Part shown: positions 52,096-61,069 of the stretch, piece after piece
How positions within the stretch are numbered: position 1 is the first letter of the stretch
Layout of the letters: each line of letters begins with the position of its first letter
From: an uncultured Solirubrobacteraceae bacterium
Lineage (GTDB): Bacteria > Actinomycetota > Thermoleophilia > Solirubrobacterales > Solirubrobacteraceae
DNA: 64,000 nt
Direction of reading: 5' to 3'
NCBI GenBank assembly: GCA_963797105.1
Contig: CAWCOB010000001.1
Location: 200,270-264,269, forward strand
Made by a program: the position numbers and the translations under genes
Notes under the pieces: model-generated
Databases searched by the model: none
What the model saw: the letters and a program-made list of their open reading frames with translations, nothing else
Told to the model about the DNA's origin: nothing

Positions 52096-52728
52096 CTATG
52101 GGAGGTCTCGAAAAGACATACGTGACGCATGGTCGGCTGATCCGGCCACCTTCGCGGAATAACCATCGAACTTGATCGTACCCTTGCCTCCCCGCTCTGC
52201 GTAGTAGGAGCCCGAGATCTCCTCAACAGGACGGCCAACGAGTGCCAGCTCACAGGCTCCCTCTGTCGCCCGGTTTCGCGCTCGATTGGGAGCGGCGGCC
52301 TGCTGGCGATAGATGTATCGAAGAACCTGGCGGTGCGTATCCCTCTCGATAGTTGCTGTCAGGGACCATGACTCGGAGTTCTGTGTCGGGAAGTAGCACC
52401 GCACATTTACAGCCGAATAGGTCTGATGTACTGCCATAAAGATGCGTTGCTCGCCCGGCGCGCCATCTGCGTCAGCAACGTAGCTAAGCGCGCCGCGCCA
52501 GGTACCGTGAATGATCCGGCTGCCGCTTAGCTCAGTCGCGTTACGAATGAGTGGCCATCTCCAGATCCAGCGATCAAAGGCCAAGAGCAGAAGCGTGATC
52601 CCGGAGGCGATCCCTCCTAGCCAGCGTAGACCCTGCTGGTCTATTGAGTCGCCTGTCAATACGGTAAGGCCGACCATCGCTAGGGCGACCAGGGCGATGA
52701 CTACCCGGATCCAGTTCGCTGACGGCAT
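52096..52728 (-). CDS. cap15: CBASS Cap15-like 2TM + beta-barrel effector
   Basis: Two N-terminal TMs, FDRWIWRW, GTWRG, HQT, SES, LRYIY, GSYY.ER..KGTI; TGATG overlap with the cyclase. Confidence 0.85.
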   Translation of the reverse strand: MPSANWIRVVIALVALAMVGLTVLTGDSIDQQGLRWLGGIASGITLLLLAFDRWIWRWPLIRNATELSGSRIIHGTWRGALSYVADADGAPGEQRIFMAVHQTYSAVNVRCYFPTQNSESWSLTATIERDTHRQVLRYIYRQQAAAPNRARNRATEGACELALVGRPVEEISGSYYAERGGKGTIKFDGYSAKVAGSADHASRMSFRDLP

Positions 52729-53657
52729 CAGCTCTTCGCCACATACTGCCACGCAGCGTGAACGAACGCTCGGGCCTCATCTCGATCCCACTTTTGCCAT
52801 GAATGGAACAGATACTTGATGTCATTCGCCTCGTTCCAGCTCTTTTCACAGTCGGCAGTCTCGGTCTCGTGCCAGATATGGCCAAGTACGTTTCGGGTGT
52901 GCTGTCCCCAAGTCGTTCCGTTGGAGAAGTGCGCGTTTGGAGTGTTATAGACAAGCGACTCGATCAGGTAGCTGGCCACTACCGGACTTGCACCATCCTT
53001 GACCATCTGATTCTCAAGATTCTTTAGGATGCGCACGACGCACTTGTAGCGCTTGGATGTGTTTTGGTTCTTGCTTACACCATTGTCATAGTGCTGTTGG
53101 GGATAGTTATGAATGTAGTGCCCGGGGCTGCGGTCGGGTAGTAGGCGAATGCCCTGATTGAAACTTGACGAGGAAAAGTATTGGCGATAAGAGGCAGATG
53201 GGACGATGTCGGCGGCGAGCGAGCGAGCGCTCTCACGCACGGTAAACACCTTGTTATGCCGGGCGACCGCCGCAGACCCAAAGGTACTTACCAGTGCATC
53301 CCCTACGGCACTCTTGAACTGACTGAGATCCGTGCCGCCGTCTGCCTTGCGGAATGGGCCGGCGTAGGCTGACATACCAAGCGCACGCCAGACCTCGTCC
53401 TGATTTGTGTTCGGCCCGTAGTCGAACAAGAGGATCCCGGTGTACTCGACGGCGACATCAACGTCACTGTCCCTGCGAACATTTGTGTTGTTCTTGTATG
53501 ACCCCTTGGCATAGACATCGATAGGCAGGGCCTTGAGGAGGGCGTGACCCTTTATCGCTTCGCGAATCATTCGCTCGGTATCGCCGCGCCTTTGATCCTC
53601 GTTATCGAATGCTGGCTTAGTCCAGGTCGCAAGTTGGCTCTCAGAAATAGTTGGCAT
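52728..53657 (-). CDS. cdnE: CD-NTase (cGAS/DncV-like), clade E-like
   Basis: GSYKNNTNVRRDSDVDV, ADIVP, NYPQQHYDNG..KN, YK..VRILK, SYLIESLVYN, KYLF. Confidence 0.92.
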   Translation of the reverse strand: MPTISESQLATWTKPAFDNEDQRRGDTERMIREAIKGHALLKALPIDVYAKGSYKNNTNVRRDSDVDVAVEYTGILLFDYGPNTNQDEVWRALGMSAYAGPFRKADGGTDLSQFKSAVGDALVSTFGSAAVARHNKVFTVRESARSLAADIVPSASYRQYFSSSSFNQGIRLLPDRSPGHYIHNYPQQHYDNGVSKNQNTSKRYKCVVRILKNLENQMVKDGASPVVASYLIESLVYNTPNAHFSNGTTWGQHTRNVLGHIWHETETADCEKSWNEANDIKYLFHSWQKWDRDEARAFVHAAWQYVAKS

Positions 53658-53683
53658 ATAACCCCTACATGGTTGCTGTTCTC

Positions 53684-53711
53684 AGCATAATCCTGTTACG
53701 CTCAGACGCAA
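53684..53711 (-). promoter_or_regulatory. Sigma-A-like promoter of the CBASS operon
   Basis: TTGCGT-N16-TATGCT on the minus strand, 26 nt upstream of the ATG. Confidence 0.5.
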
Positions 53712-53884
53712 GCATAAGCATTACCGTCGGCGACCGTTTCGCACCCTTCTCCCGCCTCTCCTTTGCCTGTCGTCTGGCTTGCATCTAGTAGACCATCGCG
53801 AGCTGTTCCGTGGGGAGCTCATCCTGCGGGATGCCGACAGCCCGAATCTTTCGGCCGGAGAGCAGCTGAGACCGTCGCGCGGGA

Positions 53885-54313
53885 TTACCCGTTCTTGAAC
53901 TTAGCGGACCCGTGGCCCGTGTGCTCGGTCAATGGATGATCTTGATGGGTCAACACGTCGCCGGTCTCGGGGTCTTCGACATGCTCATAGCGTCTATTTC
54001 CTCGCTTGCTATAGCTCGACTCCTTTCGCACAAAGCGTCCCAGCGCTACGCTGAAATCCCAGCCCGTGAAGCCCCAGGCAAAGCGGCGGTGTTTGCTTTT
54101 GGTGCCCGCCGGAAAAGCTTCATATTGCAGCGAGGCCCAAGGCGTAACGGTGGCATGGAACGTCTTCTTCACGGTGCGAGCCATCTCGCCGCATCGTGGA
54201 CAGGCTGTCCTGGTCGGTCCCATCCCCGCCGGATACTCACCGAAGCTGTATCCGCAGCCTCCATTCGAGCACACCACCTCGTCGGATGGAACGGGATCGT
54301 CCTTATCAGTCAT
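53885..54313 (-). CDS. Zn-finger hypothetical protein with His-rich C-terminal motif
   Basis: CSNGGC...CPRCG; HQDHPLTEHTGHGSAK. Confidence 0.75.
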   Translation of the reverse strand: MTDKDDPVPSDEVVCSNGGCGYSFGEYPAGMGPTRTACPRCGEMARTVKKTFHATVTPWASLQYEAFPAGTKSKHRRFAWGFTGWDFSVALGRFVRKESSYSKRGNRRYEHVEDPETGDVLTHQDHPLTEHTGHGSAKFKNG

Positions 54314-54513
54314 GATGGCATTATCTCATATCGAGTTGTGCTCATAAGCCGCTACGCGTCGCACAAGCGGCATTAGCCGCATGGGTCGCATTCTTCCTAT
54401 GCTTGCATGCAGACACATGGATCCTGTTCACTAGGAACTGTCGCGTTCCTCAATGGATCCCCTCTTTGGATGATTCAGGAGGGTGAAGTAGCGACGGAAG
54501 CTAGGTGTCCCTT

Positions 54514-54789
54514 ATGGCAGACCAGGAGGTCAGGATTGTGTGGGCGGGAGGAAGCCTCTTGGACTTCATCTGCGACATGCTTGAGACCCACGCTGTCGAT
54601 GAGCAAGGGTGCATGTCGCTTGAGCGGGCAGCCCAGATAGCGCTCGTATCGACCAGGGAGCACGATTGGGATGTGCTGAAAGCCCTTCGCGACAACGCTG
54701 AGCCATTGCCAGCAGGAGCGGATGCCGTGTTCGCCTACGAGTACGCACTGAACCAGGCGATGAGCAGGCTCGGGGCACAACCCGATTGA
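54514..54789 (+). CDS. Small acidic hypothetical protein
   Basis: Plausible helical ORF, no recognised motif. Confidence 0.5.
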   Translation: MADQEVRIVWAGGSLLDFICDMLETHAVDEQGCMSLERAAQIALVSTREHDWDVLKALRDNAEPLPAGADAVFAYEYALNQAMSRLGAQPD

Positions 54790-54890
54790 GCACACGTAGT
54801 GACTCCGCGAGTCGTCTTACCGCCCCCTGTGCGATCAGTGCAGGGGGCGGTAGAGCGAGACGGACCTCTGCGGAACGAAGAACTCACGAG

Positions 54891-55286
54891 CTACGCAGGT
54901 GCTGGCGGGTTCTCGTCGGTGCCCGACTCGATTTGTTCCGCGCGACGCGCCAGTGATGGATCGAGTTGGACAAGCAACTCTTGACACAAGCGGAAGTACA
55001 CCGACTTCCTCCCCTTCTTTGTGGTCTCAAACCAAACCTCGCCGCCGGACACCCCGAGGACTGAGAGCATTCCCACCTCCCGCAGATGTTCGATCTCCTT
55101 GACGAGGGACGTATGGCTCGGCGGCCGCATCGAGACTTTCTCAAGTGCCCGCCGGCACGCAGTTGGGTTGATCGGGCTCGATCCGTTCCGGTGGATCCAG
55201 GCCGCGAACTCCAGGCGGTAGGCGCTACCGAGGAGCCGCTTCGAGGCGAATTGAAGAGCTGGGAACTGATCTGTCCGGGCTGCCAT
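54891..55286 (-). CDS. Winged-helix protein
   Basis: SKRLLGSAYRLE, HTSLVKEIEHLREVGML, beta wing GEVWFET. Confidence 0.7.
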   Translation of the reverse strand: MAARTDQFPALQFASKRLLGSAYRLEFAAWIHRNGSSPINPTACRRALEKVSMRPPSHTSLVKEIEHLREVGMLSVLGVSGGEVWFETTKKGRKSVYFRLCQELLVQLDPSLARRAEQIESGTDENPPAPA

Positions 55287-55296
55287 CTAGTCTCAA

Positions 55297-55320
55297 TTTC
55301 GCGAATCGCGTAACGCGAAA
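55297..55320. promoter_or_regulatory. Inverted repeat TTTCGCG-N10-CGCGAAA, putative operator
   Basis: Three CGCG cores at 7-nt spacing between divergent genes. Confidence 0.5.
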
Positions 55321-55437
55321 GGAAAATCTGGGAACACGCAATGCTACTCGCTCCTGCTCGGTTCCGTTCGCACCATCGGGCTCTGCCCCTCGTTCGTCCG
55401 CTATTGTGTCGCGGTCGCGCGCGACCCCAGGATCCCG

Positions 55438-56250
55438 ATGCCAAATACAGCTCTCAAGCCAGCTCAGACCCGCCCGAACAAGCGGAGGTCATTTGGCGAT
55501 GTTCGTGTCGTCCAGACCCGCTCAAAGATAGGTTCGACCGAAGACGTGCGAGAGGCGCTGCGCTCGCTGCGCCTCGGCCGCATCGGGCGATCATCCGTAG
55601 TCGATATCGGCCGGCCGGCGGTTCGCCGCCAGATCCACGCGGTACGGCATCTGACCGAGGTCCGTCCACTAACGGTGTCGAGCCAATTCTGGTCCTCCGT
55701 CAAGCGTCCTACTCATACCGTGATTGAGGATCTCGTCCGGTACAAAGTGCACGACGCTGACGCCGTTTGCGTACCGCTTAGCGACGGCGCAAGCTTCGTC
55801 GTCGAGTTGAAGCATGGCTCGTATGGTCTGACTTGGACATCTCTGCTGCCAGTAGCCGCTGGGCTGGCGCGGGTTCGGTGCGTAATGGACCTGCCGCCGG
55901 GAGGCCGAGCGATCGTTTTGCCGTTGGGTGCCAGATCAGCCTTCGACCGCCAGATCATGGGCGTGCCGGAGGTTTACGCCAGCGCTCGCACACGTCTCCT
56001 GGCCTTCTTGCGGCTTGAGCTGGATGACTTCGACCTCACCTTCGAAGCCGCCCGCCTGCCTAGGCACGTCGATGAGCCGATGGAAGCCGGCGAGATCGGG
56101 CTCGCGGCTCGCGTGTTCGATCGTGAACTCTGCGCTGCCCTGCTGGAGACCACAGGTGCGCCCTCGGTGGGGGAACATGCCGACGAGCTTGCAGACATCG
56201 CGGCCAACATGACTCGTCATCTAGAGCAAGGCGAGTTTCGTGTCGGTTAG
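55438..56250 (+). CDS. Hypothetical protein with PD-(D/E)xK-like motif
   Basis: DADAV...FVVELK; first gene of a tight 3-gene run. Confidence 0.6.
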   Translation: MPNTALKPAQTRPNKRRSFGDVRVVQTRSKIGSTEDVREALRSLRLGRIGRSSVVDIGRPAVRRQIHAVRHLTEVRPLTVSSQFWSSVKRPTHTVIEDLVRYKVHDADAVCVPLSDGASFVVELKHGSYGLTWTSLLPVAAGLARVRCVMDLPPGGRAIVLPLGARSAFDRQIMGVPEVYASARTRLLAFLRLELDDFDLTFEAARLPRHVDEPMEAGEIGLAARVFDRELCAALLETTGAPSVGEHADELADIAANMTRHLEQGEFRVG

Positions 56251-56674
56251 TATCAAGGCCAGACGGGTGTTCACGCTCCCGAGGCAGCGCGCTACGTTTT
56301 CCGTTAGATCATCTGTTGCTCCAGCCGAGCTCGAACAGGGAAGCAAGGCAGTCCATACGACGGAGGCGATCAACCTCTCCACGGTCACCTACGAGCTGAT
56401 GATGGAAGCCAGCTGCCCTGCGGAGTTGGAATACGAGGCTCACGGAAGCACATACAGCGGTAGCAGCACCGTCGACGCGGGCACCGACGATCCCCTGCCC
56501 GTGTTCGAGGCGCGTCTAATCGTACGCGACGGGCTGGCAGATGGCTTGCTCCCGTGTCATGCATCCGTTCGGCTCGATTACTGGCGTGTAGCCCTAAATC
56601 CCACAGGACCCGACGAGCCCTATCCTTCGGAAGCTCTCAATCTTAGGCTCTTGCCACCCAAAGCCGGTACTTAG
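56240..56674 (+). CDS. Beta-rich hypothetical protein
   Basis: Overlaps the upstream ORF by 11 nt. Confidence 0.6.
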   Translation: MSVSIKARRVFTLPRQRATFSVRSSVAPAELEQGSKAVHTTEAINLSTVTYELMMEASCPAELEYEAHGSTYSGSSTVDAGTDDPLPVFEARLIVRDGLADGLLPCHASVRLDYWRVALNPTGPDEPYPSEALNLRLLPPKAGT

Positions 56675-56686
56675 AGGCGCGTATCG

Positions 56687-57124
56687 ATGGCGATCGAGGC
56701 CGCTCCATTTATCGTCGCGGCCGTGCTGGTGCTCGTCAGTGAAATATCGGGCTATCTTGTTCAGGGCAAGGTTGAAAGCCACTATCGGGTGAAATGGGCA
56801 ACACTTGAGTCTGGACCGCCAGGATTTGCGCGGGATACGGAGATAGGTCGGGTCGTTGGCTGGGCGTTGGCGGCGGCTCAAGCGATGAGTGCTGGGATTG
56901 CTCCCATGCTCGCGGGGCTTTTTCTACTCGGAGATCATCACACCGTCCTGTTGAACCTCGGCTATACCGCTTCGCTTCTATTCGGGTTCGGCATGTTCGC
57001 TTTGGTGTTTGCTTGGGATCCTGAAAAGTTTCCGTATAGCGACCGTCTCGGTGTCTCAGTACCCGGACGGATCGCACTTGGTCTAAATGTCGTGCTGGCT
57101 GGTGCGGTATTTGTCTTTGGATAG
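56687..57124 (+). CDS. 4-TM membrane hypothetical protein
   Basis: Four hydrophobic segments; 12 nt after the upstream stop. Confidence 0.7.
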   Translation: MAIEAAPFIVAAVLVLVSEISGYLVQGKVESHYRVKWATLESGPPGFARDTEIGRVVGWALAAAQAMSAGIAPMLAGLFLLGDHHTVLLNLGYTASLLFGFGMFALVFAWDPEKFPYSDRLGVSVPGRIALGLNVVLAGAVFVFG

Positions 57125-57171
57125 TCGTGGAGCGGTGGAGCGGCCGATGTGGGCGCTCGTAACCGTGTCGC

Positions 57172-57402
57172 TCAGAGCTTGGCTCGCCCGAGTAGCTCGC
57201 ACGCCGTCATCTCCAAGGCAGCGGCGATCTTGAGAACCGTATCGATGCTGAGGTTGAACTCGCCACGCTCGATAGCCCCATAGTAGGAGCGATCCATGCG
57301 CGCTTTCCTGGCAAATCCTTTCTGCGTATGGCCGCGATGCTCCCGGGCAGAGCGAATAGCCTTGCCGAGCGTTTGGTTTGCGAGTGATTTCTTAGCGGGC
57401 AT
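57172..57402 (-). CDS. XRE-family HTH regulator
   Basis: LGKAIRSARE..GHTQ..FA...MDRSYYGAIERGEFNLS. Confidence 0.92.
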   Translation of the reverse strand: MPAKKSLANQTLGKAIRSAREHRGHTQKGFARKARMDRSYYGAIERGEFNLSIDTVLKIAAALEMTACELLGRAKL

Positions 57403-57406
57403 CACT

Positions 57407-57778
57407 TCATCGCCTGTCGAAGCGTTGACGTGTTCCGCTCAGGCCGAAGTGCAGCCGCAGGAGCTGGCGCACGCGCTCCTGCGACACGCCGGTTCGCCTG
57501 CCGATCTCGGCGAGGCTGAGCCTCTCGATGAGTCGTAGGCGCAGCATCTCGCGGTTGCGTGCGTTTGGGACGCGGTCACGACCGCCGTGTATCGGCGGCA
57601 GTGAGCGGCCGTGCTCGTTGAGGCAGCAGACGATCTCGTACAGCTCTGCGGAACCGAAGTGCCCGCTGTCGATCAGTTCGGTGGCGGTATGGGTGGCGAG
57701 GTGGCTGGCGTCGGTGATCCCGGCCGCTTCCAGGCAGGCGAAAGCGGCCGGGCTGAGGCCCAGCTCGGCGACGTGCAT
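57407..57778 (-). CDS. RNAP alpha-CTD-like domain fused to sigma-70 region 4 HTH
   Basis: ELGLSPAAFACLEAAGI...EL....FG..EL.EI; LSLAEIGRRTGVSQERVRQ. Confidence 0.78.
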   Translation of the reverse strand: MHVAELGLSPAAFACLEAAGITDASHLATHTATELIDSGHFGSAELYEIVCCLNEHGRSLPPIHGGRDRVPNARNREMLRLRLIERLSLAEIGRRTGVSQERVRQLLRLHFGLSGTRQRFDRR

Positions 57779-57790
57779 GGGCGCACGCGC

Positions 57791-58057
57791 TCAGGCGACG
57801 TTGTGACCGACGTTCTGGATCTGTCGTACCGCTGCGCGGCTCGCGAAGACGTGGCCGTCTGAGGTGCGGTGGACGAGTCCCGCGCGCTGTAGGGGGTCGA
57901 TGTAGCTCAGGATGTCGTGCTCGGCCATCTCGCGGGAGAGATCCTCGAGCGTCCAGAGCGGCTGGTTGTCGTCGGGGTCGGTGAGCAGATAGAGGATGTC
58001 GCGTTCGACTTCGCGCGCCTGGGCGGCAAGGTCAGGGATAGGCTGGGCATCGGGCAT
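57791..58057 (-). CDS. Small winged-helix-like protein
   Basis: AAGGAG RBS; WTLEDLSREM...LQRAGLVHRTSDGHVFASRAA. Confidence 0.7.
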   Translation of the reverse strand: MPDAQPIPDLAAQAREVERDILYLLTDPDDNQPLWTLEDLSREMAEHDILSYIDPLQRAGLVHRTSDGHVFASRAAVRQIQNVGHNVA

Positions 58058-58137
58058 GGGGAGTACCAGCTCCTTCGTGTCCGGGCCTCGGTGCGGGCTA
58101 CCACCCGTGCCGGGGCCGCTTGGTTTATGGGCCGCCG

Positions 58138-58167
58138 AAGCTACGGGTGAGGCCGCTGCGTGGTCAA
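58138..58167 (-). promoter_or_regulatory. Sigma-A-like promoter for the wHTH/alphaCTD-sigma4/XRE operon
   Basis: TTGACC-N18-TAGCTT on the minus strand. Confidence 0.55.
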
Positions 58168-58359
58168 GGTGTCCTCTGACACCGCGGCGGTGCGGTCGTA
58201 AGTGCGACGACGCGAGCAAGCTGCGTGTTGGCGGTCGTGATGTGGGTCCGCTGCAACTTGACGGCGGTGCAGACAATTCGCTACAGTGCGACGCTGACAA
58301 TCGTCTGAGGCGGAGTGCAGGCATCGACCCGCCACCATCGCTGCTGCAAAGGACTTTTC

Positions 58360-58842
58360 TTGAAGAGGCTCGTCAGCTTGGCCGGCGCTATCGCTCTCGT
58401 CTGTGTTGCGGCTCTGCCGACCGCCACCGCGACCGCCACCACCTCGAAACGCTGCGTCTCATTCGTCGACGGAGCTCCATGCCTCGGGCCGATCGAGGCT
58501 CTGTATCCCATGTCTGGCCGCGCTGGCGGTGCGGTGCATTCCCTCCCCGCCAAGCTTGGCCCGGAAGTGGAAATCGGCAAAGAACCCAACGGTGAGCCGA
58601 TCATGCGTCGGAGCGTCAGCTGGCGTGCCGCCGCACACGTAGCGCTCGTGGCAGCCTATGTCATGGCACCGATCGTCAAGAACGGGAAAGCCGCATTCAG
58701 CTTCCGTCGGATACCGACCGGAGCGCACAGTGGTCACGTTACGTTGACGGCCGCAAACAACGAAACCGTCGAGGACGCCCCGACCTCAGTCAGTGACCTC
58801 TTTGTGTTGCTGGAGGCGCGCCGCACGGCTTCCGCTCCCTGA
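58360..58842 (+). CDS. Secreted hypothetical protein
   Basis: AAAGGA RBS, TTG start, signal peptide MKRLVSLAGAIALVCVAALP; upstream TTGACG-N18-TACAGT. Confidence 0.65.
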   Translation: MKRLVSLAGAIALVCVAALPTATATATTSKRCVSFVDGAPCLGPIEALYPMSGRAGGAVHSLPAKLGPEVEIGKEPNGEPIMRRSVSWRAAAHVALVAAYVMAPIVKNGKAAFSFRRIPTGAHSGHVTLTAANNETVEDAPTSVSDLFVLLEARRTASAP

Positions 58843-59026
58843 CAAGCCCGACCGGCTTCCCGCGCAGCGGCTCGTCTTTCCGGTCGGCGTCAAGCCCCGC
58901 GGTGGCCTCAGCTCGGTCGTGACCGTACTGCGGGCAGCTACCGGCCAACCTACGAACCATCATTGGTAGAAAGCGGTGGTGTACGCGCAAGTTGTGAAGT
59001 AGCGAGGTGGTGGAATTAGCGCGTGG

Positions 59027-59066
59027 AGAAAAGAGAACCCCCGGCGCTCGGAATGAGCGCCGGGGG
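59027..59066 (-). terminator. Rho-independent terminator
   Basis: 12-bp stem CCCCCGGCGCTC/GAGCGCCGGGGG followed by TTCTCTTTT on the minus strand, just after the 59086 stop. Confidence 0.75.
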
Positions 59067-59085
59067 CGGTGGAACGGCCAGTCTT

Positions 59086-59427
59086 TTATGGCTGAGCCGG
59101 GGACTTCCGCAGGTGTGCCCATTGTGGGCTCTCAAGCTCAGCCCTAGTAAAGTCCCGGTTGAACTGAGCGATAGCCAAAACCTCGCCCCACTCTTGCCGA
59201 GTGAATCGGGGTAGTGCTCGCCGTATGGAGAGCGGCAAATCGGCTTCGTCAAGCGCCCTCTCGACATTGAGTACCTCAAAGGCCGCCAGCGTCTCGCCGG
59301 CCGCCTGGAGCGTACCAGTTGTGCTTTGCATTGCGTGATCCTCTAGTACCTCACATATCCAGTACGCCGCCTTTCCCAACAGCATCTGGATGGAGTACGA
59401 ACTACGCTTACGCAGGGCATCAAGCAT
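59086..59427 (-). CDS. Hypothetical protein
   Basis: GGAG RBS before the ATG at 59427; followed by a terminator. Confidence 0.55.
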   Translation of the reverse strand: MLDALRKRSSYSIQMLLGKAAYWICEVLEDHAMQSTTGTLQAAGETLAAFEVLNVERALDEADLPLSIRRALPRFTRQEWGEVLAIAQFNRDFTRAELESPQWAHLRKSPAQP

Positions 59428-59523
59428 TTCACTTCTCCGATCTCGGGGGTTGCTGCCCACAACGCACGTTGCGAGCAGATTCACCCGACCGGACTTGCCC
59501 AACACTATAATACACTTTTCTGT

Positions 59524-60696
59524 CTATTTGTCAATACGCAGGCTCAGGTTCCTCCGGAACTCGTCGGATCTCACATAGCCATAGGAAAACTGTTCTGGTG
59601 AGGTACTGAGTGCCTTATGCAGACACTCCCACTCGCGTATTACCCGCCGCTTCAGCTCCTCCGTGACGAGCAATACGCGATGAACGGCACAATCGGGCTG
59701 AGCCTTACTCACAAGGTCACAACCGCAGGTTCCGATCCATTCAGCAAACAATGTCGCCCACGACAGGTTTTTGCCATTAACCGTCACCGTCACCGACCCG
59801 CCGTCTTCTGTGATCGTGCAGGTTTCGCTCCAGGCTTCATATGCCGAGGCTGGGAAGCATTGGTGAAGGGTCCGAACAAGAACAGCTGAGTCGACTTCAT
59901 CAAATCGTGCCCTAGCGCCCAATGGTTGCAGGTCAACGTCGTCGGCGAACATACCGACAGCCATGTGCCAGGCTACGAGTATGGTGCCTACGGTGCGGAG
60001 ATAGGCGTCTAGGTCTCGGAATAGGGGGAAAGGTGCCCTACAGCCGATGATGACGCCCACCAGCGTGACGGCAATCTCATCGAGCGCATCCCAGACCTGA
60101 TAAAGAAGCGTCTGTGGCTCAGATAGTGTGACTGCACCCATGCGCCTTCGTGTTGTGCGCAAGTCCCTGATAGCGTGAGCGTTGAGATAGTCTTGCTCAG
60201 CATCCAGCAGCTTGCGTCCGAGCGCATCCATTAGCGCAAGCTCATAGCTCGGCTGATAGGAGACGCCCTTACTCGAGTTTGGGTAGTGCGTCTTCGTGAG
60301 TGTGCGTACCTTATAACCTAGCTTTTTGGCCGCTCGCGCGCGGCGATCTCGCAGTGCCCAGGTCTCAGTACCTGGCTCCAGGCAGAGAAGGGTACGGACA
60401 GCAGACCCGTAGTCGAGCCCAGGAGCATCTCGGCTGCGTATCTGTGAAGTGAGCTGATTGCTGGCTACGCGAATGGCCTTTCGGGTGGCAGCGGCTATCT
60501 CAGTCGCCGTGGGCTCTGCCGAAGCTAGGTTTGAGTGGACAAAGCCCAATCGGGAGAGGTTCGGCCTCCCCTCTATCGCCCCACCAGCGGCACCACCACG
60601 CGGGGGCAGTAGTTCATACAGCTCCAGCCCGATGGTGCTGATGATCCCAGAAGCCTTCGCAGCTGCAAGAGCCTTAGTGGGTTGAGTTCGACCCAC
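59524..60696 (-). CDS. Hypothetical protein, possible element regulator
   Basis: 390-aa ORF; HTH-like LRDRRARAAKKLGYKVRTL; divergent from the transfer genes. Confidence 0.65.
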   Translation of the reverse strand: MGRTQPTKALAAAKASGIISTIGLELYELLPPRGGAAGGAIEGRPNLSRLGFVHSNLASAEPTATEIAAATRKAIRVASNQLTSQIRSRDAPGLDYGSAVRTLLCLEPGTETWALRDRRARAAKKLGYKVRTLTKTHYPNSSKGVSYQPSYELALMDALGRKLLDAEQDYLNAHAIRDLRTTRRRMGAVTLSEPQTLLYQVWDALDEIAVTLVGVIIGCRAPFPLFRDLDAYLRTVGTILVAWHMAVGMFADDVDLQPLGARARFDEVDSAVLVRTLHQCFPASAYEAWSETCTITEDGGSVTVTVNGKNLSWATLFAEWIGTCGCDLVSKAQPDCAVHRVLLVTEELKRRVIREWECLHKALSTSPEQFSYGYVRSDEFRRNLSLRIDK

Positions 60697-60769
60697 TTGT
60701 AGTCCAAGAGTGGGGCATCGCGGCGTTCATCGTACTGGAGGCAAAGCGAAATCGAAAGGAGCAACGTCT

Positions 60770-61069
60770 ATGAGCAGTTCGCTTGTACCAACCGGGGGTC
60801 TGCTTCCCTCGACGTTCGACCGGCAGGTATCACGAGCGCTAGCGCGGATCGATGGCGCGGCCCTTGTTGCTAGCCACCAGGATCAGGTCCGGCTCGACCG
60901 GGTGGCGACCACCACCGAACGCGGGATGATCCGAGCCGCCCAGCTCGGCGCCCTTGAGGGCGTCCTGGCCCAGAGTTCGCCGCAGGCGGCCGGGTATGTC
61001 CATGCGGTTACCTGTGCTGGCGCTATCGGGATCGCGACGGTGGTCTATGAGGCTGGGAGAGGATCGTGA
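60770..61069 (+). CDS. Hypothetical helical protein
   Basis: AAAGGAG RBS; first of four genes coupled by overlapping stop/start. Confidence 0.7.
   Translation: MSSSLVPTGGLLPSTFDRQVSRALARIDGAALVASHQDQVRLDRVATTTERGMIRAAQLGALEGVLAQSSPQAAGYVHAVTCAGAIGIATVVYEAGRGS

Noticed and set aside
52036-52125. 29-aa ORF MDFRVLRTNPEHRVEALREALWEVSKRHT
   Set aside because: No RBS, overlaps the cap15 3' end and starts inside the att-like core; treated as junction sequence.
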